Assembly: GCF_009914755.1 (NCBI RefSeq)
Contig: NC_060947.1
Reading direction: 5' to 3' (one strand)
Length of the DNA: 64,000 nt
DNA from: the human T2T-CHM13v2.0 reference genome, Homo sapiens
In this document: positions 30,986 through 49,372 of the stretch, one piece after another
Layout: each line of letters starts with the position of its first letter
How positions within the stretch are numbered: the stretch's first letter is position 1
Notes under the pieces: generated by a model
The model's input: only the letters and a program-made list of their open reading frames with translations
Databases searched by the model: none
What the model was told of the DNA's origin: nothing
Position numbers and translations under genes: made by a program

Positions 30986-32265
30986 TTGTGAATTTTTGAA
31001 AAACTTTATGGGTTACGCTTGAGAAACATTGCTCTATAGAATATGATACATATGGAAGTGAATTTTTAAAATCTTTTCAAATAACTTCAGAGTTTCAGTA
31101 TTTGTAAGTTTTTTCTATCTGAATTAGGCTTAGAGTGTGGCATCAAACCATAACTCTGAAATAGATAACCCATTTCCCCTTAATGTGTTAATTTTTTTTA
31201 AGATGTCAAAGTATTACATGCACATTATTTTAAAAGTGTCATGAAAAGCAGCATATCTTTAATCTCTCTTCTTAGAGGAAAATATTTGTTTTGGTTCCTC
31301 TTACTTCTTGAATAATGTATAAATTGCAACTTTTAAAATAAACTTTACTGAAATACATAAATTGAGAAAAGTATACAAATCATAAATGTTAGGCTTAATG
31401 AATTTTCACAAAGTGAATGTGTCACCTCATCTAGACCAAGAAATAGAACACTACAAGCACCCCAGGAGGCCCCACCCCCAATGGTAACCGCTATCCTGAT
31501 TTCTAGCACCATTTATTAGCTTGCCTTGTTTTTGAACTTTATACATAAATGATTTCCTATAGTAGATACTCTTCTAGCACCTTTTTCACAACATAGGTCT
31601 GTGAAACTCATCTATGTGGTTGCATCCAACAGTAGTTCATTCTCACTGCTTTGATACTATAGTTTATCCATTCTGCTACTGATAGAAATTTGGGTTGATT
31701 CCATTTTGGAGCTATTAGGAATAGTGCTCCTTTATTCTTGGACTTTGGATACACATATGTACACACTTGGGCAAAATCCCAGGAGTAGAGTTAACTGGGT
31801 TAGAAGGTATCCATATATTGCCAAAGAGTTTTTCAAAGTGTCCTTGCCAATTTGTTCTTATGAAAGCACAGTACTGGATTTATCAACATTAGACTATAAA
31901 ATATAAGATTTTATTTTCCTTAACCTCTCTATCCCCTCCTACTTTGATATTTTGAGTTCTTCAGTTGCACAAAATGATTATAACCTAAAATCTCAAATAT
32001 CTGCTCTCCCATAAATTTTGAAAGTAGCTTTTGTCCATTTGTGATAAGAGAAGGATACTAAACACCTCCTCACCTCAACAGTATTATTCAGAAAAGGAAG
32101 AGGCCCTCTTTCATACAGAGAGTAAATGCACAGAATTTAAATTTGTGCCACATCATGACCAGGAAGTGTTCACAAGGGGAAAAAACTCAAATAGGGTTAA
32201 CAATGTGATAGAAGACAGTTACTGACATAAGAATAACATACTGGAATAAAGGCATCTTTACCATG

Positions 32266-32718
32266 TGTATTAGGGCAGGGATAGCTGCTTAAAATATCAG
32301 TCTCAAAATTTCCATGGCTTAGCATGAGAGAAGTTTATTTCTTGTTCACCTATAGTCCAGTGTAGGTTTTCTTTGTAAGTAGGGTGGCTTTCCTGTATGT
32401 ACATAGGATATGGAGGCCTAGGCTTCATTAATCCTGTGGCTCTGCCATCCCTTAGGGTCTTGGAGATGTCTGCATTTTGCCAGAGTCGGGGAGAGATGGT
32501 TGAGAAAGAACTTGTGCTTCTAAGAATAAAAGTCTTGGACAGTCGTGTCCTATGCCCACATTCAGTTGGTGGGAACTTCACGTGGAAGTCGCCCCTTGGT
32601 GTAAGGGGGCTGGGGAATAGTCCCTGGCTGGGCACTTGTCTCATAGTGCCAACTCCACAGGAACTTGGGGGAGCATGGGGTTTTGATGGATAGCTAGCTA
32701 GCCATCCCTGCTGTACTG
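32266..32718. mobile_element. Old MLT1-type MaLR LTR
   Basis: tgtattag...aaatttccatggctta..agaagtttatttctt..cacattcagttgg..cacgtgg MLT1 motifs. Confidence 0.65.
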
Positions 32719-33081
32719 TCTCCTTGAGGATAAGATTAGAATAATTAATATTCATTAACTGGGGACAGTTTCACTTCTGTTAAGGTGCTAATTATGTTAA
32801 GTGGTGAATTTTTATGTGGAAATCAATTTAGATTTATAACTAAATGGGTTTCTTGCCTCCTTTGGTACTGAATAGTTGTGTGATTCATTTTAACTAATTT
32901 CCTTATACTTTATAGTTAGGTCACCTCTCAGTGAAACCTAGAAAGTACCATATTTACATCAATTTTGCAAACCACTAAGGAAGAAAAAACTATCAGGCTA
33001 TGATGTTCCATTGCTTGTAAACATTGATTACATTAGATTTAACCCCTTCTCCATCTTTTTTCTCCTTCTCCTTTCTTCTAG

Positions 33082-33385
33082 TTTGAAATTGGCACAATGG
33101 AAGAAGCTGGAATTTGTGGGCTAGGGGTGAAAGCAGATATGTTGTGTAACTCTCAATCAAATGATATTCTTCAACATCAAGGCTCAAATTGTGGTGGCAC
33201 AAGTAACAAGCATTCATTGGAAGAGGATGAAGGCAGTGACTTTATAACAGAGAACAGGAATTTGGTGAGCCCAGCATACTGCACGCAAGAATCAAGAGAG
33301 GAAATCCCTGGGGGAGAAGCTCGAACAGATCCCCCTGATGGTCAGCAAGATTCAGAGTGCAACAGGAACAAAGAAAAAACTTTAG
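33082..33385 (+). CDS. TXLNG: Gamma-taxilin exon 2 (FEIGTMEEAGICG...NKEKTL, 304 nt)
   Basis: Long polypyrimidine tract and ctag acceptor; donor TAG|GTAATA; frame continues from exon 1 and ends in phase 1. Confidence 0.95.
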
Positions 33386-34671
33386 GTAATAATCCGTTCA
33401 GTGGTTGGACGTTTCACATGCTAATCATTTTACTTGTGTTTTCTGCAGCCCAGATAATTTTGAACACAGCCACTTTAGAGGTGCTTAGCCAACACCCCTA
33501 GTGTCTTCGGTGAGGTCAGTCCATGTGTCTGCTGCAGTTATGTGCAGGAGGCGAAAACAGCAGAGAGGACGCTTAGTTTTTTTTTTTTCCAAATAATCAA
33601 GAATTGGCTAATTAAAAAATTTTTTTTGTAGAGACAGGTTCTCACTGTGTTGCCCAGGCTGGTCTCAAACTCCTAAGCTCAAGCAGTCCTCTCCTGCCTC
33701 GGCCTCCCAAAGTGCTGAGATTTCAGGTGTGAGCCACTGTGCCCGGCCACATTGCAGTTATTTCTGATCATTTTCAGTAATTGTGTTTAATCGTCTCTTA
33801 AAGGTCTTATTGGCCTTGGGTTAAATGAGAGAAGATTTCATTAATAAAATTTTATGTGAGTAGAAAAGCATTCTTTTTTGAAGTCACCCTTTTTCCCCCA
33901 TAGCAGTCTGTATGTCAGAGTTATTTTGAGATATATATTTTGATGCAATATCTTACATATAAGAATGAACATTAAAAAAATAAAAATGGTACCTATCACC
34001 TAGCTTAAGAAATAAAAGATTACCCCTTACTTCGAAATGCCATTAGTCCCCTCCTAATCTCAGCCACCTGCCTCTCTCTGCCAAAGTCCTTACAGTATTG
34101 CTAAGGTCTTTCCCCACAGGAAGAGCTATCTTGTCATCCTTTGGTTAGTTAACCTTAGTTAACACACAGAATATACTTAGTAAATCATAAGAAAAGCACA
34201 CGTTTTTAAATTGTTCGTAGGAAAAGATATGTTCTCCTGTGATTATGTGTGTCTTTGGCAAAGTGTAGTACCAACTGAAACTCCCTTTGAACTTGCTTCT
34301 ATATTCGAACTTGGTTAGGAGGAAGCTTTAAAAAAAATTCCATGCCCTTTGTAACTTGCCCTTTGTCTTAACTTGGACATCAGTGATTAGGCAAGGAAAT
34401 TTATAAGCTTTTAACAAGAGTTCTTATAAATAGCTCGCAGTGTTAGTGAATGAGTTAAGAAATTTGGGGTGGGTATGGGGAGGGGAGCGAGGCCTGCTAA
34501 TCCAGAATTTAAAAATTGCCTTTTTCATTGAGCTGGTAAATCTCTTATTTATAATCATAGGTGTAAATTAGTTTACTCTGGATGTCAGAGCACGGGAATT
34601 GTTAGTAGAATTTACAGGTTAGATTTGATCTCATTCTTCTGGGACTTATTTCTTTTCTTGTTAACCATCAG

Positions 34672-34763
34672 GAAAAGAAGTTTTATTACTGATGCAAGCC
34701 CTAAACACCCTTTCAACCCCAGAGGAGAAGCTGGCAGCTCTCTGTAAGAAATATGCTGATCTT
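34672..34763 (+). CDS. TXLNG: Gamma-taxilin exon 3 (GKEVLLLMQALNTLSTPEEKLAALCKKYADL, 92 nt)
   Basis: catcag acceptor, CTT|GTGAGT donor; restores phase 0; start of the taxilin domain. Confidence 0.95.
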
Positions 34764-35284
34764 GTGAGTATTAAGCCAAGGATGTGAGAGCCATATAAAA
34801 TATAACAAAATGTGTGTGTGCTTGATAAGTTTCTTAAAGTACAAATTTGATATGGCCTTAAATGTAAAATTATATTTTATTCTGAAATTGAAGAAGAGAA
34901 TCTGTTTTGTTGGGGCTTTTTATTGGTTGTATAGTTTCATTTTATGAGGTAATATATAGGGAACATTGTAATACTAAGATGTGGCATAGATTTTCTAAAA
35001 CTCAGTTTTAGAGTCTAAGTCAGCCTTTCCATTGCTATGTTGTGATGCCTTAGGTGCCACTCAGTTGGGGTGTAGTGGTTCCTGTCTTAAACTTTTCCTA
35101 AGGGAATTCTAGAGATTGAGGACTGTTTTGATTGAGATTGTGAGTTACATGAAATCATCTGCTAAAACAATACTTTGTCTCAGAAATACTTCTTTAGCAT
35201 CTACTATGTGTCAAGCATCCTTTTTTCCATTTTCTAGAAACAGTGACCTTATCAAAGAGTTTGTTCTCAGCTATATTATTTTAT

Positions 35285-36866
<1,582 letters not shown>

Positions 36867-37282
36867 TTACTTTCCCTTAGTTTATGAAGTGGTCCAGGTA
36901 TACCTCAGTTAGCTGGCATTCAGCAGCTTGGCACCTTTCACTATTTGTAGCAACAGGACGCCCTGTGCATCAGTGAAAATGTCCCAGAGCAGTCACAAAT
37001 GCAAAGATGGCCGAAAACACAGCGTGGTTGGATTGATGGCTTCAGGAAAGGAATGCTTCCATTGGCTGTGGAAGCCAGTCCCCCTTGGTGCCTTTCACAT
37101 GGGGAGAATCATGCAAGAAATGGCGGAAAAAGAAGAAAGACAAGAACAGAAAAGGGAAAAGAAAAAATGGAGAAAAGAGTAAAAACCAGAAAAAGCAGTG
37201 TCGAAGGTTAGCTACCCAACCCAGTGATGTGACAATGACAGACAGCCATGAATTGGTTAGAAGAGAGAACAAACAGTGATCT

Positions 37283-37450
37283 GGGGTGGTTGTTCTCAGA
37301 CTCACACCGATCATTGAACTTGTGGTTAAAATGCACATTCTGATTCACTAGGCCTTGGTTGGGGCCTGAGGATCTGCATTTTAACAAATGCCCGGGCAAC
37401 AGTGATGATGCTGCCAGACCTTGGATCACACTTGAAGTAGCAGGGGTCTA
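37283..37450. mobile_element. MER5-family hAT MITE
   Basis: ttaaaatgca..ttctgattca.taggcc..ggggcctgag.atctgcatttttaacaa..gtgat.atgctg. Confidence 0.75.
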
Positions 37451-37853
37451 GGGTGTTTTTGTTTGTGACTTTTGGTTTTATTGTTTTGATTGTGGATAAG
37501 GTTATTGCTAAGCACCAGCAGTAATGACTGTGTTCATTTCAGGATGTGACACATTGAAGACTTGCCTAGTGAGTAATCTCTCTTTTATACAGATTTGTGC
37601 CAAAAATTTGAAAGACAAAATGTGTATTGTTTCCAGAAAATGTTCTAAAGCTTGATTTCTTGAAGCAACACATATTTCACTTAAAAGGTAGATATAGGCC
37701 GGGCGTATAATCCCAGCACTTTGGGAGGCTGAGGCAGGCGGATCACCTGAGGTCGGGAGTTCGAGACCAGCCTTACCAACATGGAGAAACCCCGTCTCTA
37801 CTAAAAATACAAAATTTGCTGGGCGTGGTGGCGCATACCTGTAATCCCAGCTA

Positions 37854-38042
<189 letters not shown>

Positions 38043-38249
38043 TTATTCTGAAAAGTTCCCTTCCCTTTTGCCATCACTGTCTTCTGCCCGTTTATGACAT
38101 ATATCGTCTGATGTCATTGTGCTTGTTGCACTGACATGCATAACTGTTTTGTGGAGCAGTTGGAATGGATTTCTGTGCACTGTAACTGGGATTGTCCATT
38201 GGAGAGACCCTGTGGCCAACATGTTCACCAGATCACATGGATTCATGAA

Positions 38250-40520
<2,271 letters not shown>

Positions 40521-41154
40521 AATAAAGTCAAAACAGCTAAAACCAAAAGGATTTTTTTTTTAGAGAAGTGCACACAGATGAAATGAAATTATATAGAAAG
40601 GAAAGCGAAGGAATAATGAACGCCGGATTCAGGATTGCGCTAACCCTGGGTCAGGAAAGGCAGGAGCTCTGCACCCTGGTGAAATTACAGCTAGTATGTG
40701 CCGGACCTGCAGCCTCTTAAACTGGGCAGCCGTGTACAGTTCGCAGTAATTTTGCTTTACAAAATTATGCAAAAACAATGATTTTTTTTCCTGCAAGAAT
40801 TTCAGTAAAGGTGTTTTTAATATCTGTAAATGTGGCTGTAAGGATGCGTGATATGTTTTGGTAGGCCACAAGATGTCACTCTTGCTCTTCAAATTGTGAC
40901 TCAGCATCATTTTCTTTTTCAGTAAAAGCTTTATTGAAAGGTCAGTAAGGCTGCCATCTTATCTGTTCATGTTGATTTAACCTTGAAACAGACTGATTTG
41001 TTCCATACCCAAAACTGCAGCAGTTCTTCTTACAAAGAACCCTGAGTGCTGTTTACTGAGTTTTAGATTCTGATGACTGTTTCAGTATAGTAGCCTGTGG
41101 GTGTAAAACTTGATGGTATCGACTCCTAAAGCATCATTTAAAAAAACAAAAACC

Positions 41155-41815
<661 letters not shown>

Positions 41816-42597
41816 CTAGACAGACATTCACCCAGCAAACAGCAATTCGGGACATGCCTGGCTTTAGCACTGAGTCACTCCTGGCCTTCAACATTGGAGT
41901 AGGTTTCAGCTAGAACTGGAGCTGGTTTATTTTCCAAAGGGTTAAGGCTGGAATACTTGGGCAGTGTTCCCAGTGGGCCCAGGAAAATTCAGGGGCAGGA
42001 GGTATCCAGTTGAAGGGCATCATCCTTCAAAAAGCACAAGATCATAGCTGGAAGTTGAGGAGCCCATGTTGCTTGTGAGTTGTTGGGTTGAAAGCAGGGA
42101 GAAGATCTGTGATCAGTGTCTGAAGTCAGAAAGCTGGCAAAATTCAGGACCCCAGGGGATAGCAGGCCAATACGGAAGTCAAGAAAGCCAGAGATTCAGG
42201 CTGCTGGGTTCAAATCCCACCTCACCCCTTACTGATTATCTGTACTAATTAAAGAATGTTAGGCAACTTATTAATGTCTCCAGGCTTATACATTTCTTCT
42301 ATAAAACCTGGATAATAAAGGGTTGTGAAAATTAAATCTGTCTAAAGGATTTTTTTTTAAAAAAGAAAAAGATGGATTATTTTCTGCTGCCCTAAATTTG
42401 CTTACTTTTTTGTCACAACTGGAAGAGGAGAGAAGAGAAGGGTGGCAGTGTAGCATGGCATGAAACAATTTAAATAATATATTAAACCATAGTATTTGAC
42501 TTTTTGAAAATGTGTTCCATAGCTCTCATTATAATTCTAGCCATAACTGTAAGATTTTTACTGTACTTCCTAAATACAAAGTGCTTATGAATTTTAG

Positions 42598-42819
<222 letters not shown>

Positions 42820-43965
42820 TAATCAACCCTGTGCCTATCTGAAATAAATCCTTGTCTCTACTTGGAGACAGATACTGCCTTGCTTTTTATTTTGCTTGGC
42901 CTGATGCCTTGTGTGAGGTCATTGTAAATGTAAGACCAATTCTTTCTACGTAAGTTTTGGTTTCCTGTTCAAGGAAGAGCACCTTAGTTGCCTCATACTT
43001 GGCTCCCGGGAATCTACGCTCAAGGCCCTCCTGCTTAGAGCCATGGCTTAGGAAGCTCAGAATTGCCAGTTTTCTGCTGAGCACTGATACAGCTGATCAC
43101 CAAGTAGGAAAAGCTGCAGTGAAATGAGAAACTAGTAACAGACAGTCTGGGAAGGGAGAACTGCTGAGCTCCTGGGTGGAGCATTGCCCAGTTCCACTGG
43201 CCCACCCCCAGCCATTCAGTTGCTAAGTACTTTTAGGAAACCACTTATACCTTGGCTGATTGTAAAGGAAGAGGGAATAGGTATCCAAAGATTCATTGAT
43301 ATCAACAGGGGAAGAAGGAAAGGAGCAGAGCCGTGGGAAGGAATCTGCCTCTTAGAATGGGACAGACTCCCTTTATGCCCTTTATGCCCCAATAAACTCC
43401 CTTTATGCCCCAACAAACTCCCAAGGCCCTAGACTATAAGTGCACTCTTGAAATGGATCTTCACCTGGTATGGGAGCCATTATTACCTTCTTTGCTTTTG
43501 AGCCCTTGGATTTAGATGTCAAAGTAAGTGGTATTTTTTTTTTCCCATAGGAAATCAATATTTTGAGTAGGCTGGTAACAGTTCAGACATGTAAAGGTCT
43601 TTTGACACTCATATCCTAGCAAGAATTGAAAGTAAGCTTTGAATTTTTTGTTTTTTCTTTTTAATCATCAGAAAGTAGTTACAGAAAGGAAGCTTTTTGA
43701 GATGAGGATTCCATTTGTCCTTTGCCCTTTAGGGAGTAAGTGTGACCCAGAAAGTAAGCTGCAAGGGGGCAGGATCTCTTCCGACCCATCTAAGATGATG
43801 GCCTGTGTAACCGGCGAGTATTGCAGTAGAGTGAATTGTAGACAGCCATAACATTTATTTTGTAGCAGGACAGTTTGCATCTCTCTGGTTATCTGTCTAC
43901 TTAGGAAAAACTGCTTGCTTTTCAGTGATAGCCTTCTGGTCATAAATAAGGGGGAGGAATTGTAG

Positions 43966-44337
<372 letters not shown>

Positions 44338-44895
44338 TAAAGTAAAACTGCTGTCACGGGTGTTTCAGAACTTTGCATATGCATAGTGGCAGTCGGTTAT
44401 TTATTAGGAAACGATCAGGCACCACAAATGAGATCATCACTTGATGTCCCAGGAGTCACTGGGTTTGGGACTTATTTGAGGTTATTTCTAGGAGACCCGT
44501 TTAAGTACTGCTTGTCTTCCATGAAATACTGGAAGATTGCAATTTTCGCATGTAGATTGTTTTCCCTTATCCAGACTAATAGTGAATAAATATTTGGGCC
44601 CCAAATACCCTGTATCTCAGACATCTATGATAATCTCTACAGTATCCACTACCATTGCATTATACTTGTACAGTTAATGTTTCAGATTTTTTTTTTTTTA
44701 AATGAGGGCTTTATATTATTTGGGAGGAAAAACCTACTTCTAACCCCTTCTAACCCCTCACACATAAGCCCATTGAGGGTAAAAAGTTTACTGGGAAGAT
44801 CCATGGCTAATGAACTTGGCCATTGGCCTTCAATGAAGACTTTTGGAATTATTTTATAAGCTAATCTGGAAGTTCAGAGGTAGTGTCCTCTGAAC

Positions 44896-44973
44896 AAAGT
44901 GAGGAACTTGAAAAACCAGGTTAGTACCTATTTGCTAGAAGGTACTAACCTGGTTTTTCAAGTTCCTCACTTT
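44896..44973. repeat. Perfect inverted repeat, 34-bp arms and 10-nt loop
   Basis: aaagtgaggaacttgaaaaaccaggttagtacct (44896-44929) and its exact reverse complement (44940-44973). Confidence 0.97.
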
Positions 44974-45331
44974 TAGAGGTCCGATGGACAGGGTTAGAGG
45001 CTTTAGGTTTTTTTAAATGGTGCATCTCTGCCTTTTAACATTTAGTAAAATGTTGGGCTTGTTATGTTATGTTCCTTACAGAAATGGATTCAAAAAGCTG
45101 ATTCAAATTAAAAAAAAAAAAAGATCAGGCATCTGTGTGTTACTTTATCTTGTTTTCAACTCAAACTTTATAGTTTTACATACAGCCCTTCAAAAACTGC
45201 TATTTTTTTTTTAAAGATTTTATTTTTCTTACTGCCTTTTGTTTTTTTTTAAAAAAAATTATGGAAAATTTCAAGCTTAACAAAAAGTAGAGAGATAATA
45301 TAGCACCTGGCTTCAGCAGATGAAACCGTAA

Positions 45332-45335
<4 letters not shown>

Positions 45336-45415
<80 letters not shown>
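45336..45415. repeat. (GT)40 perfect microsatellite
   Basis: 80 uninterrupted nt abutting an antisense Alu left monomer (45416-45533). Confidence 0.97.
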
Positions 45416-45418
<3 letters not shown>

Positions 45419-47151
45419 GAGACAGTTTCTTGCTAAATTGCCCAGGCTGGTCTTGAACTCCTGGGCTCAGGTGATCCCCCTGTCTTGGCTCCCCAAAGTG
45501 CTGGGATTGTAGATGTGAGCCACTGTACATGGCTGATAATTTCATCTCTGTTCCCCTAGATTATTTTGAAGCAAATCCAAGATGTCAAATATTCCATTGA
45601 TATTTGAATGTATAGCTCAAAAAAGTAAGGATTTAAGTATAACCATAATACCAGTTTCATACCTAAAAAATTAACAAATAGGCCAGGTGCAATGGCTCAC
45701 GCCTGTAATCCCAGCACTTTGGGAGGCCAAGGCAGGAGGATTGCTTGAGCCCAGGAGTTCGAGACCAGCCTGGTAATATGGCGAAAGCCTGTCTCTACAA
45801 AAAATACAAAGACTAGCCGGGTGAGGTGGTACTCACCTGTAGTCCCAGCTGCTCGGAAGAGTGAGGCAGGAGGATCACCACCACTGTACTCATGGCTGGG
45901 TGATGGGAGTGAGACTGTCTCAAATAAATAACAATTACTGAATATTAAGTATCTAGTCACTATTCAAATTTTTTGGATCAGCTTCTTTTTAAAAGAGAAA
46001 TTGTTTGAAACAAGATCCAAAGAAAGTCCATTTCACTGGTTTATATAACGCCAGTCTCTAAAATATAGGTTCCCCCCCTTTATTCTTACACTGTATTTAT
46101 TGAAGAAACGTCTTTTTTGTCATAGAGGTTAAATTTTCTTTTTATTAGATTATAAAGCCTTTAATTGTCTTAAAATGATTCTTTTAGTTTTGTTGTTTGT
46201 TTTGACAGTCTATGTACCTCATAACTGATGTAGCAGATTTGAAAATCAGATTTGTTTAAATCATATTGTATGTGTCTTATGTTATGTTCTTTGGTCAGAA
46301 TATAATGATCAAATTACTTGCAGGCGCTCTCTTGAGAGCAGTCTGTGGTGCTCTCAATACATAGTTAGACCACCTTACTTCACCAACCAGCATTTTCCCC
46401 TCTCATGTAGGGTATTGTAACTGGAAGAGTTCCGTTTCTCCAGCTGGGAAGGGATTGTTCTGTTGACTTTATTATACATCAGTAACCACTTAACAGTTTT
46501 GTTTGGAAATACTAATGAACTTTTACCAAATGTCTAAAGTGTGCCAGGCACCAAGCACCTTACCTAGTGCCACCATCGCATTTACTGTTACAGCTCTGCA
46601 AGGTAGGTGGAGGTATCCCCCTGTACAGAGGAGGGCACTGCGCTCCAGCGTGGAGAGGAATTAGCCCAGGGCCACACACTGGCCAGGATTTGACCTGGGC
46701 CATTCCTACCATCATACCATGCTGCCTCCAGCTAAGGAATTTGGGAAAATATGGGGAGGGAAAAAAGGAACTGTGTGCATGATGTATGGTTTAGTACTTT
46801 GCTCTTCTTATCCTTCTTTGTCTTGGTGCACTCTGAGCCTTATTTTCAGTGTGGGGCAGAAATAGGAAATACCAAGCTGGTGAGGGGGACAGCCCATGTC
46901 TGACAGGGTGGGGGAACAGGCAACAGTCAAAGGGCCACGCTTCTGCCCATGTGGGATGGTTTGCAAGGTGGTGTCAAATTGCCGCTTCTCTAAGCGGAGT
47001 ATACAGGGACAGAGAGAGAGCTGGTGTTCTTAGCTGCAGTGGTAGTAGCAGAACAGCAGGGTGAGCAGGGTGCTGTAACTGCTGTGATGTTTCCTCCCCA
47101 CTGTGTTCCTTTCTTTGGTGAGTGATGGAAGAAACTCTCCTTTTCCCATAG

Positions 47152-47286
<135 letters not shown>

Positions 47287-48153
47287 TAAAAACAAAGACA
47301 TTATTGCCAACATTGTAACTGAGGCCATTTGAAACATCAAATTGTAACCAAGGCCGTTTGAAACATTTATCTATTCTACCTTTAATGTAGCACCTGGGGG
47401 CATGCCAGCTGGTGTTTTGCTGTAGATTGAGAAGAGAGTATGTGGTGTGTGTGTGTTAGAAAGCATTTGGCTGTTTATTTCTATTTAACCTTTTATACAG
47501 AAAATATACTGGAAAGATTATACCAAATCAGTGGGAAGACCTGCACTTGTTGTTTTTCTGTGCTTAGAATATTTAGTTCCCATCTTAGATAATGGTCATC
47601 AGGTTCAAGAGTTGTGTGCTCACATTTAGCATGTTAAATTTGGTGATTCAGTTTAACAACAAGCTTACCAAGCCACAGCTCTCCTATATATGATTACATT
47701 TTGTTTTCAAACAAGTAACTTGAAACTGGGGAAGTCATTTATTTACTTACTCTGGTATAATTTTCTGATAAAATTTAAACAGAATTCTCTACCCTAATCA
47801 CTCAGCATTGTTGCCAGTGTATGCTCAGATTCTATTGCCTGTCAGTAATTGTGAATACAGTGGAATCTCATTGGGTATGTATATTACCATGTGCAAATTC
47901 AGCTAAGTGCTTATCCACAAGGGAGAAATGATTGCAATAATGCAGACTGTTGCATCCACAGCCCTGACATGAGCACAGTGTGAAGATTCAGTTCCTGAGT
48001 GGCCCTCGTCATGCGGGCATGTCACACTGAGTGCATCTAGGGTTTAGAGAGACATGTTTTTCACAGTGTCATCCTTCCATATGAACTGACAATAGTATCC
48101 AGTGTTCAGCTGAGAAATGGTTATCATTTCCAAAGTTGGAATATAAATTTTAT

Positions 48154-48175
48154 ACACACACACACACACACACAC
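48154..48175. repeat. (AC)11 microsatellite
   Basis: Read directly. Confidence 0.9.
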
Positions 48176-48813
48176 TCATATTCATTACATGTGTGTACTT
48201 TCTGGTTGCTTCAGTAGGACTTTTCTAGGCTTCTTTGGACTATGTGTGATATTTTACTTCAGGGACTGAATTTCACAACTGCCTACTATGCAACTTTGTG
48301 ATTTTCTTGAAAGCACAAGTACTATATATAAATGAAAATGTCCACCCCCTCCCCGCTTTCTAAAAAAGTGCTCAGAAACCAGGTCTCAAGATTGATTGCG
48401 TTGCTTTCCCCATACGCTTTCACTCTGCCTCGTCTTGCCTCAGGGAATAGCGGGGCTTTTCTAAGTCACCCAGATAATATCAAGATTATCAGCCGTGTTC
48501 TCTGCTAATACTGTACATGTAATTATTTTCACCTAAAACACAACAATTTAACTCTGAGTTTTAGAAACCATATTAGGCCCCCAGGGTACTTTTTCTGCTT
48601 CAGCAATAAAAAGATTGTTCCTGCATTCCTAAGTGTTAACCAGTGGGACAGATAGAAGATACAGGTAAATGGCAATTTGTGGAACAGACTGTTTCATCTG
48701 TAGACCTGTGGTTCTTGCTAAAATAGAAGGATGACGCCTAACTCTGATCATTTGATATTTAGTCCTGCTTGTAATTACCATTAGCATTTTGCCAGAATGT
48801 TTCTGTTTTCTAG

Positions 48814-48888
48814 TTATTAAAAGAAGCGACAGAATCGAGGCACAAATACGAACAAATGAAACAGCAAGAAGTACAACTAAAACAGCAG
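48814..48888 (+). CDS. TXLNG: Gamma-taxilin exon 7 (LLKEATESRHKYEQMKQQEVQLKQQ, 75 nt)
   Basis: ttttctag acceptor, CAG|GTAACT donor. Confidence 0.95.
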
Positions 48889-49059
48889 GTAACTTCACAG
48901 CAGGGGATAGTACAATTTGTAAGAAAAATCTGTGGTTCCTTTGATTCTGCATATCTTCAATCTCCTCTAAGATGGTTTTGCTTTTTGCTTTTTCCCAGCC
49001 AGAGCTGACCAGGACTGAGGCAGAAATCTCATGGCCCTCTTGGTATTTTCCACTTTATT

Positions 49060-49172
49060 TAGGTTAACTACCTCATCCCAGTTTGCCCAGCACTTTCCTG
49101 GTTTTGGTACTGAAAGTCTCGTGTCCCAGGAAATGCCCCGTCTCAGGCAGCCTGGGACGGTTAGTCAACCTG
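49060..49172. mobile_element. MER81-like hAT-Blackjack MITE
   Basis: aggttaacta..tcccagtttgcc ... ggcagcctgggacggttagtcaacct inverted ends with central actgaaagtc; about 113 bp. Confidence 0.75.
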
Positions 49173-49282
49173 TCTTCAGTGACCCTTTCTAAGAGCCCAG
49201 ATAATTCCTCCCTTTTTCAGTCGGTTACACTAAATTTCCCACTAAAGGAAAACTGATACATCTGCATATTTTATTTATTTTG

Positions 49283-49372
49283 TATCAAGTTGAACCACGT
49301 GAAATTGCTAAACAAGACAAGAATATGTCCTTGGCCTAAAAAAATGGCAATTTCATATAGTGAACTCTAATA
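49283..49372. mobile_element. MADE2-like mariner MITE
   Basis: TA-flanked inverted ends gttgaaccacgtgaaattgc / gcaatttcatatagtgaac. Confidence 0.7.

Noticed and set aside
32303-32755. 150-aa minus-strand ORF
   Set aside because: Lies within an old MLT1-type LTR and shows no protein-family features.
36928-37279. Lys/Glu-rich ORFs resembling a coiled-coil exon
   Set aside because: Produced by an A/G-rich low-complexity tract; no convincing splice sites, and the 528-aa frame is complete without it.
43366-43422. Short ctccctttatgccc tandem units, superficially repeat-spacer-like
   Set aside because: Only 2-3 slipped copies with no unique spacers; ordinary micro-duplication in eukaryotic DNA, not CRISPR.
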